Source: Chara braunii (taxonomy: Eukaryota > Plantae > Charophyceae). Taken from it: DNA of 64,000 nucleotides. The stretch lies in contig BFEA01000003.1 in assembly GCA_003427395.1 (NCBI GenBank), positions 9,518,876 to 9,582,875 on the forward strand, given 5' to 3'. Positions 37,044 to 49,818 of this stretch are shown here, in pieces. Each line of letters starts with the position of its first letter. Within the stretch, counting starts at the first letter, position 1. The notes below the pieces were generated by a model. That model worked only from the letters and a program-made list of their open reading frames with translations, did no database searches and had not been told where the DNA came from. Both the position numbers and the translations under genes were made by a program.

Positions 37044-38092
37044 TGGGTCCAGCGTCCCAAGATGTAAATTTTATCAAACATCGTACCAACTGTCTACTTT
37101 TCCTCCACACATGAAAAAGAGCCCGGCTCCGCAATTTTTCAAAAAAATAAAAAAAGCAGCCACATCCGTGCTCAAGCTTCCAACGAGGGAACAATCGGGA
37201 GCTGCACCCACCAGCAGGTGTGATACTTGCTACAGCAGGTGGGCGATACCGACCAGGGGGGGTCAGCCGGTAGCATCAGGACTGAGCTTCTTCGATGGGC
37301 CAGTCACAGTCACTGTGCCTCCCCTCCGGTCCCCTCCCCTTATGAGCATCATCGGTCTCTGCTCGATGCCACTCGGGGGGACCAACAGCATATAGAAGAA
37401 GAGAGGACTGCCCGGCAATAGACAGCTTTAGTATGAGGACGGAGATGAAAAGATACACCCATTCCAAGCACACCGTCACGCACACCGACAAAGTATTGAA
37501 CCTCGATCAAATACTCCAAGAATTCAATAGAAACCAAAGTAGCCTCAATCGAATACAAGAGCAAAGCGACCAACCCTCGACGCGTTTCGTCTGCGTCGCA
37601 AACAGACTCTTCAGGAGGAAATCGAAGAGCACAACACGAAGCGATGGGGCCTTTCCTAATGCCTTGCCCCAATTTATACCTATCCTACGCCTACTCGTAC
37701 CCACCGAACCTCATTACGATAGAACTGTGAGCGGCGCCAAAACTGCCGGACGGGTTTGATCTGCAGGCGTATCCTTAGTAACACGTGCTGCGACAGCAAA
37801 TTCGGTAACGATGAAGAAGCCATCGAAATGAAGCCCTGCACACAATCCAACCAATCAACAGAGGCACACAAAGCACACGCCCACAAAAACAGAGCACATA
37901 CACAAGCACACAAGAGAGCACACTTCAATGCGGCCGGCTGCCAGTGATGTCCACGATGGCAGAAGCTGATGCAAAAAACCGTTGAGATAATCGCAATTAC
38001 GACGCTGCTGTCAGCGGCGGCTGAACCTGTACGAATGACCAACAGCATATCTCTAGGTGGCGGGCGCCAAGCTTGCCCAGAAAGGTTCATGA

Positions 38093-38165
38093 GGCCAATG
38101 CGGATTGAACCCAAGACCTCCTGAAGGTCAGCTTATGTGCTTTACCAACTGAGCCAGGCTGCTGG
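38093..38165 (-). mobile_element. tRNA-derived sequence (SINE head or tRNA pseudogene)
   Basis: A box TGGCTCAGTTGG (38145-38156) and B box GGTTCAATCC (38102-38111) at tRNA-like spacing. No clean cloverleaf. Confidence 0.6.
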
Positions 38166-38521
38166 ATGCTCGGCAATTTCTGCGAAGCTCCACGGAACAC
38201 ATCATATAAAACGGCCCCGCTCCACTACTCTCGACATGCACAAAAGACAATAGTCCTTGTCCTTTTAATTTAAAAAGAAAACAGTTTTCTTCCAACAAAA
38301 AAAAAAAGACAATAGTCATGACGGTGTATCTTTCCTTGTTCTGGGTGAAGATTCACTTTTGTTTTGCACAATTTGGAGAGTCTGTAGTAGTGGAGCCAGG
38401 CCCTCATCAGTCAGGCTGTAATGAGACCCTGGTGCATCTGGATACGGCCTTCAGCAGTCAGGCTCTAATGAGACCCTAATGATAGTACCTTACCTGGCGG
38501 GCTGGTTAGTCCGATGATAAT

Positions 38522-38524
<3 letters not shown>

Positions 38525-38554
<30 letters not shown>

Positions 38555-39533
38555 NNNNNNNNNNNNNNNTTTTTTTTCTTAACACAAAGGCCCTTTGTGC
38601 AAGACCACTATCCTGGTGGTGGTAAGAGAACCACCGGGATTGAGGCTTTGCCTGGCGGGCCGCTCCATCTATTGGTGGGGAGCGTCACCTGCTGGAAACC
38701 GGGTCCAGCGTCCCATAAATACATCTTGCTGCACAGTGCCATAATGAGAGTGACGTCAGAGTGCTGGAAACCGGGTCCAGCGTCCCATATCCATTCTACT
38801 CTGCCCTACCTAGCCTGCAGCAGGGTCGGGTATTGGGGGGGGGGGCACCGGGGGGCACCACTGGGTTCTCCCTCCCTCCCCTAGCCTCTGCCATCCCCCA
38901 GCTATCCTCCTGACGCCCATTGTACTTGGCAGTAGCCTACGATGGAAGATTGAAGCCCCTAGGACAGGCTGTGGTACAGTCAACTTAACTCAGCTTAAAT
39001 CAGCCAGAAATCCTTGGAGAAGTACAGAAGAATGCTGAAGAAGACCTTTTACCATCTTGTACCTAAATGAGAGTGATGCCAGAGTGCTGGAAACCAGGTC
39101 CAGCGTCCCATCTCCCCTCTACTCTTCCGCTGGGAGGGGAACTGAAGCCAGACTGTTGAAGACTGTCCGAGGTTTACAGAATAGAAAGAACGAATTATGC
39201 AGGCAGCGGGATTTCAGTTAAGGAGAGCGGGTGGGGGGGGAAGGGGTCCGTGAAGTCCTGAGCTGCCCTTAATGCTTCACCCGGGTCTACATTGGTCCAA
39301 TCATGGAAGACCAACCGGTAATCCCTTTCTATCTCTAACCCGGGTTCCTCCTGTGGCCCCTTCTCCACCAGATCATTCCTAGACCACTTTACCTCGGCCA
39401 CCCATCCCTCCCTTTCTTTTCCCAGCCATTTCTTGCCAAAACCAGAGATGGCTTTGTTTATGTCCCCCCAGTTGTGCATTTGGTCAAGCTTGTCTTTAAC
39501 AGCCTTCCATAATCCCTCAAGGCCATCGCCCTT
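38525..39533 (-). mobile_element. 5'-truncated LINE 3' end
   Basis: Poly(T), the shared 3' motif, and the ORF2 tail RDYRLVFHDWTNVDP...DPFPP homologous to the other copies. Confidence 0.85.
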
Positions 39534-39785
39534 TAAAAAAAAAAAAAGAAAAAAAAAAAGTGCCTTCCCTGGCACGTTTCGATGGCTCCGATGTAGTCGT
39601 GGGGAGCTACACGTGTAACGCGCCAACGTCCCATCATTTTATATATAAGGGCCTGGTTGCACCACTTGCCGTCGGCCGACATTTTGAATGCATCTGGATT
39701 CAAATTTGTCCACATGCATTCGAAATGTTGGAGGATTGCGTTGCTCATTGATTGACGAGTGTGAACACAAAGGCGCCATCGGACG

Positions 39786-39816
<31 letters not shown>

Positions 39817-39884
39817 GAGAAGATGTATCATTTTATTACCAAATCAATAAGAATTTTAGCCCGGGGACCTCACAATTCGACCCG

Positions 39885-40048
39885 GGGCCAAGTCCCACTA
39901 GCAGCGTTGAGCTACCTCAACGCCTGAATGTGGATGTGTTTGTGGACACGTGCAGTTCAGGAAACTCAACACCATTTCTGCACATCTCCCCAAAAACGTC
40001 CACATTCAGGCGTTGAGGTAGCTCAACGCTGCTAGTGGGACTTGGCCC
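39885..40048. mobile_element. Hairpin MITE (Harbinger-type), CCG TSD
   Basis: Long, near-perfect inverted repeat GGGCCAAGTCCCACTAGCAGCGTTGAGCTACCTCAACGCCTGAATGTGGA, with CCG on both sides. Confidence 0.9.
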
Positions 40049-40908
40049 CCGGAGCTGCCAAGGAACCACTTCGCTGGAAACCGGGTCCAAAAAAAAAAAA
40101 GAAAAAAAAAGAAGGAAAGAAAAGAAACCGGGTCCAGTGTCCCATGACTACTCACTCAATCACTAATAAAAACCACTCTTCTCAAAATGCCTTGCATCCT
40201 GCTGGAGCGCAGCGCTAGTGCGTCGCTTCTGGCGGCACTTGGGCTACGGGGGAGCGCGCATAGCCCAAACTTGTAGTCGGGGGTGGCGGAGGCGAGAAGG
40301 GAAGATGTGCGCGAGGGTGTCGGGGGGTATCACCTTGGGGGGGCACAGCCATGCCCCTGCCATAGCCCTGTCTCGGTCGACTTAGGTCGGCAATCCTGTG
40401 CTGATCATGGTTGGATGGGGACAGAAGTGAGGTGGTTGGCCGGGCGGGATCTGAGCGTCGTCTCATACCAGAATTATCACCTAGTCAGGGGCTTTGCCCA
40501 CTGATTATAGCTACGGAAACCTAATGACTGCAGAAGATGGACACGTCGATTGTTGGACTTGCGGGGAGGTACGGAGCAGTGAAGAGGCGACGGGAAGCTG
40601 CAAGGACGAGGATTGGCAAGTGCGCGCACAGATACCTGGCTCTATCACTTGGTGAAGGGGTGACTGCCCCTCCCCCTTTTTTGCTGGGAGTGCTGAACAA
40701 GACAAGATGATTGTTCAATGGCCGTGGATATCCTTCTGTAGAATTTGTAGAATTGTAGCGCTGGAATTAGCTATCTTCGCTGTTTTGTGGTGTTGGGAAT
40801 TTACCTAGCTACGAGAATTCTGGTTGTGACTTTAGTAATTCATTGGGTAGATTTTGTATTCTGTAATTTCGTTCGTTGAACTTTGTGCACTGGGTTTGAC
40901 AACGTTTA

Positions 40909-41076
40909 GGGTCTCGCCGCATGGCACACGAAACGAAAACGAAACGAGTGCATCTGCCCACGAAAGGTGGCAAAATACATTCGTTACTATTTATAGCAAA
41001 CCGATGAACCTGGCCATTTTCTGCAGGAAGATGCACTCGTTTCGTTTTTCGTTTCGTGTCCCGTGCGGCGACGCCC
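40909..41076. mobile_element. Tourist-like MITE, TTA TSD
   Basis: ~45-bp TIRs (GGGTCTCGCCGCATGGCACACGAAACG...), with TTA on both sides. Confidence 0.88.
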
Positions 41077-42072
41077 TTAGTTTGGCTCTAACTGGTGTTG
41101 TAAAATCGGGTTGCTTAGCTTGCGTGGTTTTAATAGGAGAATTGCAATTTCAGTGCTTAGGAATCGGTGGTGACTGTTGAGTGATTACGGGATACTAATT
41201 GTTTTAACATTGGAAAAATGAAAACAGAGAGTAGTTGGAAGCTCAGTAGCATTAGAATTGAACTTTTTGAATTGTGCTTGGTTTTTAATGGTTGGTTAGT
41301 AGTAGTTACGGGTTTGAGTAATCGAAATTTGTGCTCGTTTCTTAATGGTTGGGTACTGGTAGTTAGGGTTTGAGTAAATCCCTTTTTTTTTTTTTTTTTT
41401 TTTTTNNNNNNNNNNNNNNNNNNNNNNNNNNNNNNNNNNNNNNNNNNNNNNNNNNNNNNNNNNNNNNNNNNNNNNNNNNNNNNNNNNNNNNNNNNNNNNN
41501 NNNNNNNNNNNNNNNNNNNNNNNNNNNNNNNNNNNNNNNNNNNNNNNNNNNNNNNNNNNNNNNNNNNNNNNNNNNNNNNNNNNNNNNNNNNNNNNNNNNN
41601 NNNNNNNNNNNNNNNNNNNNNNNNNNNNNNNNNNNNNNNNNNNNNNNNNNNNNNNNNNNNNNNNNNNNNNNNNNNNNNNNNNNNNNNNNNNNNNNNNNNN
41701 NNNNNNNNNNNNNNNNNNNNNNNNNNNNNNNNNNNNNNNNNNNNNNNNNNNNNNNNNNNNNNNNNNNNNNNNNNNNNNNNNNNNNNNNNNNNNNNNNNNN
41801 NNNNNNNNNNNNNNNNNNNNNNNNNNNNNNNNNNNNNNNNNNNNNNNNNNNNNNNNNNNNNNNNNNNNNNNNNNNNNNNNGTGGCTGTCACAGACCTTAG
41901 GGATGACAAGACAAAAAAAAAAAAAAAACCAGCCTGTTTATATGGTCCTTTTTTTCCGTCTTCGTTTATGTTGCTCGTTTTTGCTGGAGAAAGAAAAACG
42001 AAAACAAAAAAAAGAAAGAAAGACTGCGACTGTCGTTGATCGATTGCAATGGTTGGTTAAGTTCTCAACCAG

Positions 42073-42222
42073 GGGCCAAGTCCCACCAGCAGCGTTGCGA
42101 ATCTGGACATGTTTGTTGCCAATGTGCAGAAATCCAGTTGAGTTTCCTCAACAGCACATCTCCACAAACACGTCCAGATTCAGGCGTTGAAGAAACTCCA
42201 CGCTGCTAGTGGGACTTGGCCC
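42073..42222. mobile_element. Hairpin MITE, same family as 39885-40048
   Basis: TIRs GGGCCAAGTCCCACCAGCAGCG / CGCTGCTAGTGGGACTTGGCCC. Confidence 0.85.
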
Positions 42223-43081
42223 CCTGTACTGCTTTCATTTTTTTCTTTTTTTTTAATTCCATATTATGAAAAAGGGGGCCGGTGGGGCCGGTCAACCCAC
42301 GAACAAGATGGGTACTGGGAGCCTTACCCAGTTTCGCTTTTTAGGGGACTCAGAGTCTCAGAGGACCCCGTTAAGCCCCGAAACCCAAAACCCTAAACCG
42401 GAAATTAATCCTTCCCCACTGGGGAAGCAATCAATGCCCTGTGATTCGACTATATTTGTGTTATGCAGGGAAGCTGTCTCCTGGGGCGAGGTCCCATCAG
42501 CAGTCGGATAGGAGTGTGGCCGATCCTGTGTGACACTGAGTGGCAGCGGCCAGACAAGTTCATTACGAATTTCTGGGCTGAGAAAACAGGAAAAAGGACA
42601 AAAAAAAAAGAAGAAACAGAGACCTCCCACCGGAAATCACAGCAGCGTGCTTCCCAGCCATCAGATCACAAATGATCTGATGGTGCTGGTTGCAAAAACA
42701 GTGAACAAGCAGTGATCCTGACACCCTCCATATACTCCGTGATTGAAGGAGGGCTCCACCCAATGAGATAATTGCACAACAGCAAGTAAAATGCTGAAAA
42801 TCTTCTATCCAGTGGCCTAAGGCCGGCCCCAACCTCGTTTGGGGTTGGCCACACCCCCAACCGATTGAAAAGATGCTGGCGGGAAGCTGTCTTTGCACGG
42901 GCATGCCCAGTGTTAAGGAGAGGAGGAGGGGTGGTCGCTGCACTGGCTGTGCTATCGCTAGCGCCCCGGCCCCTGGCGGACCGGCGAGGCCCGGTTCCCC
43001 AGGCTCGACCAGCGCCTGAGGAGGTATGCTCCTTGAACGCTGGGCCTGTGCGCGCGCCCAGACACACACGTGGCTCCTTGA

Positions 43082-43982
43082 TTGGCCACGTGGTGTCTGC
43101 TGTTGGTGACGTGGCTGTCCATGACGCGCGGACAGGGGTACCGCCAGCAGAGATTGAAGACGACGATAAACATGGCGGCGCAGCACTTCGGGAACGAGAT
43201 GGAGGTGGATGGGGAGTTGCAATGTGGAGATAGTTTTTACTACACAGAGATCTACGATAATAATGATGACGTCGGGTATGGAGAGGACTATGGGCATGAT
43301 GAGGTCGACGTGGCCAGCTACTTCGCAAACCTTTCCGCAGTCCACGTGGAGGGCGTGATTGGTGACGATGAGCAAGAAGAAGGAGACGTTGACAATAGCG
43401 AAACAGGCGCGCTGGAGGACGATGACGTCGTTGGCTACTTCGCGGCCTTCAATTCGGTGTGTGGGGAGCGCACACCAGAAAGGGATGATAAGCGCAGGGA
43501 GTGGGAGTATGGCGTTGGTGAAGTGAGAGGGTGGGACGTGGAGTGGGGGCAGAAGGCAACAGTGACACTACCGGTGACGACAACAGCACGCATGTTAATA
43601 TCATCATCTACAACAACATCTCTTGATGTTGATGATGTCCCTCAGCCTCAGTGGGATGCTGAGGAGAGGGTTTATATTGCCCTCAATGAGGAGGAGGGGC
43701 TGACCACTATCACTGAGATGGGGATGATGGGAGGCAACAATGTCAGTAAGGGCGGGAAGGGTGTGCAGGTCGAGAAGGACATCAACAACATCGACAACAA
43801 CGACGAAGACAACGACAACAACAGCAACAACAATGACAAGGGCGAGAAGGACATCAACAACATCGACAGCGACGACGAAGACAACGACAACAACAGCAAC
43901 AACAATGACAACACGGACGTGGATGAGGGTGGAAAGGGTGGAAAGGGTGAAAAGGGTGAGGAGGGTGCGAAGGATGAAATTG

Positions 43983-44050
<68 letters not shown>

Positions 44051-44347
44051 AACAACATCAACATTAATAACAGCACTAATGGCAACACCAATATCAACAA
44101 TCCAGACGACGGCGATGGCAATAACCATGAGAGCAGCGGTGCTGAGAGGGGAGCTGATGCATCCAACTTCAGCATCATGGGGAAGATGCTGCCATCAGTG
44201 CAGTGGGAGGGAACCTGCTGCTTATTATGGATGGTGAATCGCGGCTTGAGGCTGAAGTTACGATTCACCGTTCCTCTCCACCCTTGCATGGCGTTTATCC
44301 ACGATGAAGTGTCTCTTCATTTCTGGCACCGGGTGGGGATAGGATAG
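43082..44347 (+). CDS. Acidic Asn/Asp-rich low-complexity ORF, function unknown
   Basis: 421-codon open frame containing an internal ~69-bp duplication and an (AAC)n tract. No recognisable domain. Confidence 0.3.
43983..44049. repeat. (AAC)n microsatellite
   Basis: Read directly from the sequence. Confidence 0.95.
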
Positions 44348-45312
44348 GCAATATATGCTTCGTACGATTACTACCGAGCGCCGATCGCCTTCCCAAAGGA
44401 TGTAGATATGATGATACTTCATGGGCACGAGGTCAATCCTTCCCTGTCGCAGGGAAGTAATCAATGCCTCTGCTCTTTTTTNNNNNNNNNNNNNNNNNNN
44501 NNNNNNNNNNNNNNNNNNNNNNNNNNNNNNNNNNNNNNNNNNNNNNNNNNNNNNNNNNNNNNNNNNNNNNNNNNNNNNNNNNNNNNNNNNNNNNNNNNNN
44601 NNNNNNNNNNNNNNNNNNNNNNNNNNNNNNNNNNNNNNNNNNNNNNNNNNNNNNNNNNNNNNNNNNNNNNNNNNNNNNNNNNNNNNNNNNNNNNNNNNNN
44701 NNNNNNNNNNNNNNNNNNNNNNNNNNNNNNNNNNNNNNNNNNNNNNNNNNNNNNNNNNNNNNNNNNNNNNNNNNNNNNNNNNNNNNNNNNNNNNNNNNNN
44801 NNNNNNNNNNNNNNNNNNNNNNNNNNNNNNNNNNNNNNNNNNNNNNNNNNNNNNNNNNNNNNNNNNNNNNNNNNNNNNNNNNNNNNNNNNNNNNNNNNNN
44901 NNNNNNNNNNNNNNNNNNNNNNNNNNNNNNNNNNNNNNNNNNNNNNNTTTCTATCTTTTTTTTTTTTTTTTTTTTTTGAGGCCATAATAGACTTATTAGG
45001 GAAGGTGATAAGAGCAGTCTTCCCTAATAGATCTAGGAAAGGCCGCTCCATCTATTGGTGGGGAGCTGCACCTGCTGGAAAACGGGTCCAGCGTCCCTTT
45101 CGAAGTTCCATAAGTTTCATAGAATCGTAAATTGAGAGTAGAACCTGCCTCTTCAGCCTTTGTAAGCCACCAGATAAATGGGTGAACCTAGCAGTTCTAC
45201 CCACTTAATCAGGACTATAATGCTCGATTTTCAAACAAAATTTTATCATACCTTCCCCTATATCCAGAGAAACAAAAAGAATAGATCATTAAAAACTCAA
45301 CCCCCCAAACTA

Positions 45313-48300
45313 GTTAAAATGAACCCAGATTCATGACGTATCTGTCCCAAACCATCTGAGATCCACCATCACATTGTCCGGAAGAGGAAAGAGGTCACAG
45401 AACGAATCAGGCGATCTCAAAAAGGCTCATGTTTGAAGATCGAACCAGTTGTGAAAGAAGATATCATAGTCTCTCTTGAAACTTCCATCTCCTTCCCCCT
45501 CTGGCCACTTCACTTCTCCCAGCTTCCTTTCTGAATGCTCCCCCAGCCAACTTGTTTGAAATTTCTGGAGTACCTTCTTAATCTCCTGTCTTTGAGTCAT
45601 AGTCCGAATTGCAATTTTAGTTTTAGACCATTGTGCTCTAATTTCCGCCTGCACAAATTGTATGATTATTTCATTGATTTCCTGACCATCTATTTTGACT
45701 TCCTCCTAGGAAAGAACACATCTCCTATACCATATTGCCCATATAATCGCCTTTCTTCCCAAATTGAAAAGATTACTTTGAAAATCTGACAAATCTATCA
45801 AGATTGAGTTCCAATGACCCAATAGCAATGCTCTCCAATCCCAGGGCCATTCCAAACCTGTTAGTTTGTTCCATATGTAATCCCATCTTCTCCAGGGAAG
45901 CACAGCTTTAGGGCATTGCAGAAAGATATGTTCAATGGTTTCCCTAATCTTTCTCTCAGGAAAGGCCGAGGCACAAGCCGAACACCAGGGTAAGGCCAAA
46001 CCCTTTTGCTTAAGCGATGAATGATCAATGAGCCAATCATAAGTTGGCAAACACCTGTACACAATTTGCCATTGTAACGAAGCAAATTTTGTTGGTCTTT
46101 CCTTCAGGTTCCTCAACCATTTAATTGGGGAAAGTAGATCTGAATGAATATTTAGTTGTCTATGCCATCTGTCCTTCACTATAGCAGCCACATCAATTCT
46201 TGGACGAAGTAGGCGGTAGGAGGCTTTGACTGTCAGAGAGAACAGACGTAGAGGTTTGCATTTTTTATTAGTTCTCCAGGACCATTTTATTGGGTCTATT
46301 GGAAGTTCAGGAATCGGTAATTGAGGGAAGTAAGCCCTCCATCTGTTGCTACTTGAGCCATGAATTACCCTGATCCTGTATATAGATGAGTTGGGAAAAA
46401 AACACACTGCGTTTTGATTTGTCCGAGGGATTGAGTGGTCCTTGTTAATTCTGCACACATTTAGCAAGACACCATTGTGAACCATGTCTAAGATTTGTCC
46501 AACAACGGTAGACCCATCTGGTTGAATACCACTCACTCAATCCGCCTTCCTGAACATCTGACCCTTTTTAAGTTCCAACTCCCAGGCTAAGGGAATAGAG
46601 GCTAACATCTTGTCCAGATTTTCTGTCAGATTTCTAGCATATTTGATTTCTCTCTTTAGTTGATCCCCCGTTTTCCATTTCTTATTAATAAAGTCCCATA
46701 GGTCCTTGATCCTCATGATTCCTGTTTTTACCCATGTTGTCCAAGGAGGCTAAGAGCTGATATAGACCCTTCCATTGGAATCAAAAATCCATTTGTTACC
46801 AAAAATAGGTTGCCTGAGGATTTCCTCATATCTCGATGGTAAGTGTTTATTTGGAAGCGGAAGTTTACGCCATGTTTTAATTATTTCTGTCCAAAAATTA
46901 TCTAGAATTATATCCTTAATTACTATTCCTCGGTCCCCCACTTGTTTGGAATTTGTATTAGCTTTAGGTAAGGTCCAGTACCTGTCCTCTACCCAAGACA
47001 GAGGATGGACCTCTCTCATAGAGGGAGGGGCTATTCTTCTAATTTGTTCTAGTGCAAGTGGCAACCATGGAAGATCCATTCCTAAGATTAAGCGTTTTAT
47101 CCATTGGATGCTCAATGCTTGTGTTTGAAGAGCAAGGTCCAGAATTATGAGTCCTCCCTTGGATTTGGGTTGAATAAGAGTCGCCCATGCAACTCTAGGG
47201 ATCACATTTACCGCCTCATGATCTCCTCTCCATAAAAAGGCATGTAACATTTGTTTGAGATTTCTAATTGGATTTTTATTCAAAGACCATAGAGTTGTCT
47301 TGTACCAAATAGATGCCAGTATGACATTATTGATGATTAGTGCTTTCCAAAATACTGAAGTATGTTGATTTTTCCATTTTTTCATTTTCTCTAATGCTGG
47401 GGAAGACATTCAGACATCATTAGTGTTAGGTTTACCTTGTGTCGTCATTATTACACCCAACACTCTGATAGGTGTTTGTAAAGGAAGCCATTTGATTCGT
47501 GTTACCTCTGGAGGTCTATCCCCTTGTGAATGAATTCACCAACCTTGTGTCTTATTGCCCCAATTAACCACCATATCCGACAAGGCTGAAAATCTATTCA
47601 TAAGAGCTCTGATTTCTTCCATATTCTGAGTAGAAGCTTCCAGCATTAATGTTAGATCATCTGCAAACATAGAATATACTGGAACTGCCTCTTCTGGGAT
47701 TCCCGTAATTTGTAATTTCTTAAGTTGAGGACTAGACCTAAGATTTGCTCCCAGAGCTTCAATTACAATCACAAAAAGAAAAGGATCTAAAGGGTCTCCT
47801 TGTCGTACCGATCTCTGAAGCTTGATCTCAGGGGAAAGGAGACCATTAACTTGTATTCTAGTTGTGGCATTGTGATGAAGAATATTTATCAATTCCCTTA
47901 CTTTTGGTCCAAAGTTCAACTTTTCCAAACATGCATCCAGAAATCGTCAATCTACATGATCATATGTTTTTTTTAAGTCTACGAATATGAAGGCTGCATT
48001 ATTCTGATTTTGTCTGGAGAGTTTAATCATTTCATTAATGAGCAGTGTATTATCCTGGATATTCCTACCCTTAATGAATCTTGTCTGAGAGGGGTGGATT
48101 AAGTTTGTCATTACTGGAAAAATCCTATTAGCTATAGCTTTTGCTAACATTTTGTAGATCACTATTAGGAGTGTGATTGGTCTGTAATTTTCAATGTTGT
48201 TTTTATCTCTTTTTTTGTATATTAACGTAAGTACTCCTTGTCCCATAATTTCTCCCATATTTCCTGATATTTGAACTTGCTTATAATATTTCATAAGATC

Positions 48301-49818
48301 ATCAGCTAAGTAGGTCCACATGGTCTCCCAAAACTCTTTAGGGAACCCATCTATTCCTGGGGTCTTGTCTTCTTTCATTTGAAGTAGAGCTGTTCAAATC
48401 TCATTTTTTGAAATTGGCTCTTCCATTCTGTCGTTCTGCTCTTGTGTTAACATCTGTTCCATAGGGGCCAAAAAATCTTTCAGCATTCCATCATCCTTAG
48501 AGTCTTTAATCCTAGTATGTTACCTTCAAACTTCCTGCTGATGTGGTTGGATCTCCTTGACAAGGAATATCGGGATTAGATAATGCCCCTATATTAGATC
48601 TCCTTGCTCTTGCCTTGGCAAGAGCAAAAAATGATGCATCCATTTGACCTTTTGTGACATGGTTCTTTAGTTTACCTCTTATTAGTTGTCCTTGTCAACG
48701 TTGTCGTGCAAAGGCTAGCAGTTGATCTTTCAAGGCTTGTATATCCAAAGTTGGTGATAGAAGAGAAGGTTGTTCATATTGTAAAATTTGTTCCTGAATT
48801 TCTATTTCTTGAGAGTATCTTTTCTTGGCTATTATTTTAGAATATTCATTACATTTTTTAGCTAAGAATATAAGTCCATTATTAAATCATGATATGTACG
48901 AATCTTGATCATTTTTAGTAGTGTGCAAATAGTTCCAAACCTTTTGAATATAAATTTTAAAGCCTTTCCTATCCAGTAAGGAGGAATTTAATTTATAAAA
49001 ACTTCTTCCTTGATCTGGCTTTTTACAAAATGACAGGAGGACTGCACACATTTTATGATCTGCTCCTGGCCAGGGGCTTTGTGGAAAAATATTGGCTCCC
49101 AGCATTGCTCCATCCAAATCCTCTGCCACCATGATTAGATTAATTTTTGATCTCGATTGATGAGGTGAGCCACAATTCCTTATGCAATATATACATACGT
49201 TCTTGTGGAAAAAAAATTCTGAATGAATCGAATAGTTTTTCCTCATCACAGAATTGTTGAATAATTATTTCATCCTCTTCAATATATAATGGACATGGAT
49301 GAGGAATTTTTCATCTATCTAACCATCTATCAGGAGCTGCATTGAAATCCCCAGCTATCACCATTGGAATACCTTTTGGCATATGTCTACGAATTTCCTG
49401 GAAAAAATTCCTCCTATATCATTAGGGGTGTAAATATTCATGACACCTATCAATTCAATTTCCAACATTAATATTGCCCATATCCACCTCCCTTGTTCCT
49501 TATCTGCCTCCCAATGTATTACTTTTATTCTAGAGTCAGGGGGAACCCAAAAAGCTACTCCTGCTGATCCATTATGAGTAGCGTATGCAGTAAACTTCTG
49601 ATACGGCCAAACTAATTTGTGGGCCCTTAGGTGGACCTGAGAATCCATCAGATGTGTTTCCTGTATACATATGAGGTCTGGCCAAGTACGTCCGCCTACC
49701 CCTTTTAGTTGTTCTATTATAGCTCTCCTCTTTTCCACATCAGCTTTAGCCATGCCATTAACATTGAGGGATCTCAAGTCTAGGTCCGCTTCCTTTGTCG
49801 CTCTTTGTCAGTTAACAT
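45313..49818 (-). pseudogene. LINE ORF2: APE endonuclease, reverse transcriptase and C-terminal zinc finger
   Basis: SLNVNG, ICIQETH, ADH; KTPGIDG, ENYRPITL, RQGDPL, MFADD; WCSAC..ETIEHIFLQC. Confidence 0.93.

Noticed and set aside
43604-44289. Poly-Val, poly-Leu and poly-Thr ORFs
   Set aside because: They are alternative frames of the (AAC)n tract.
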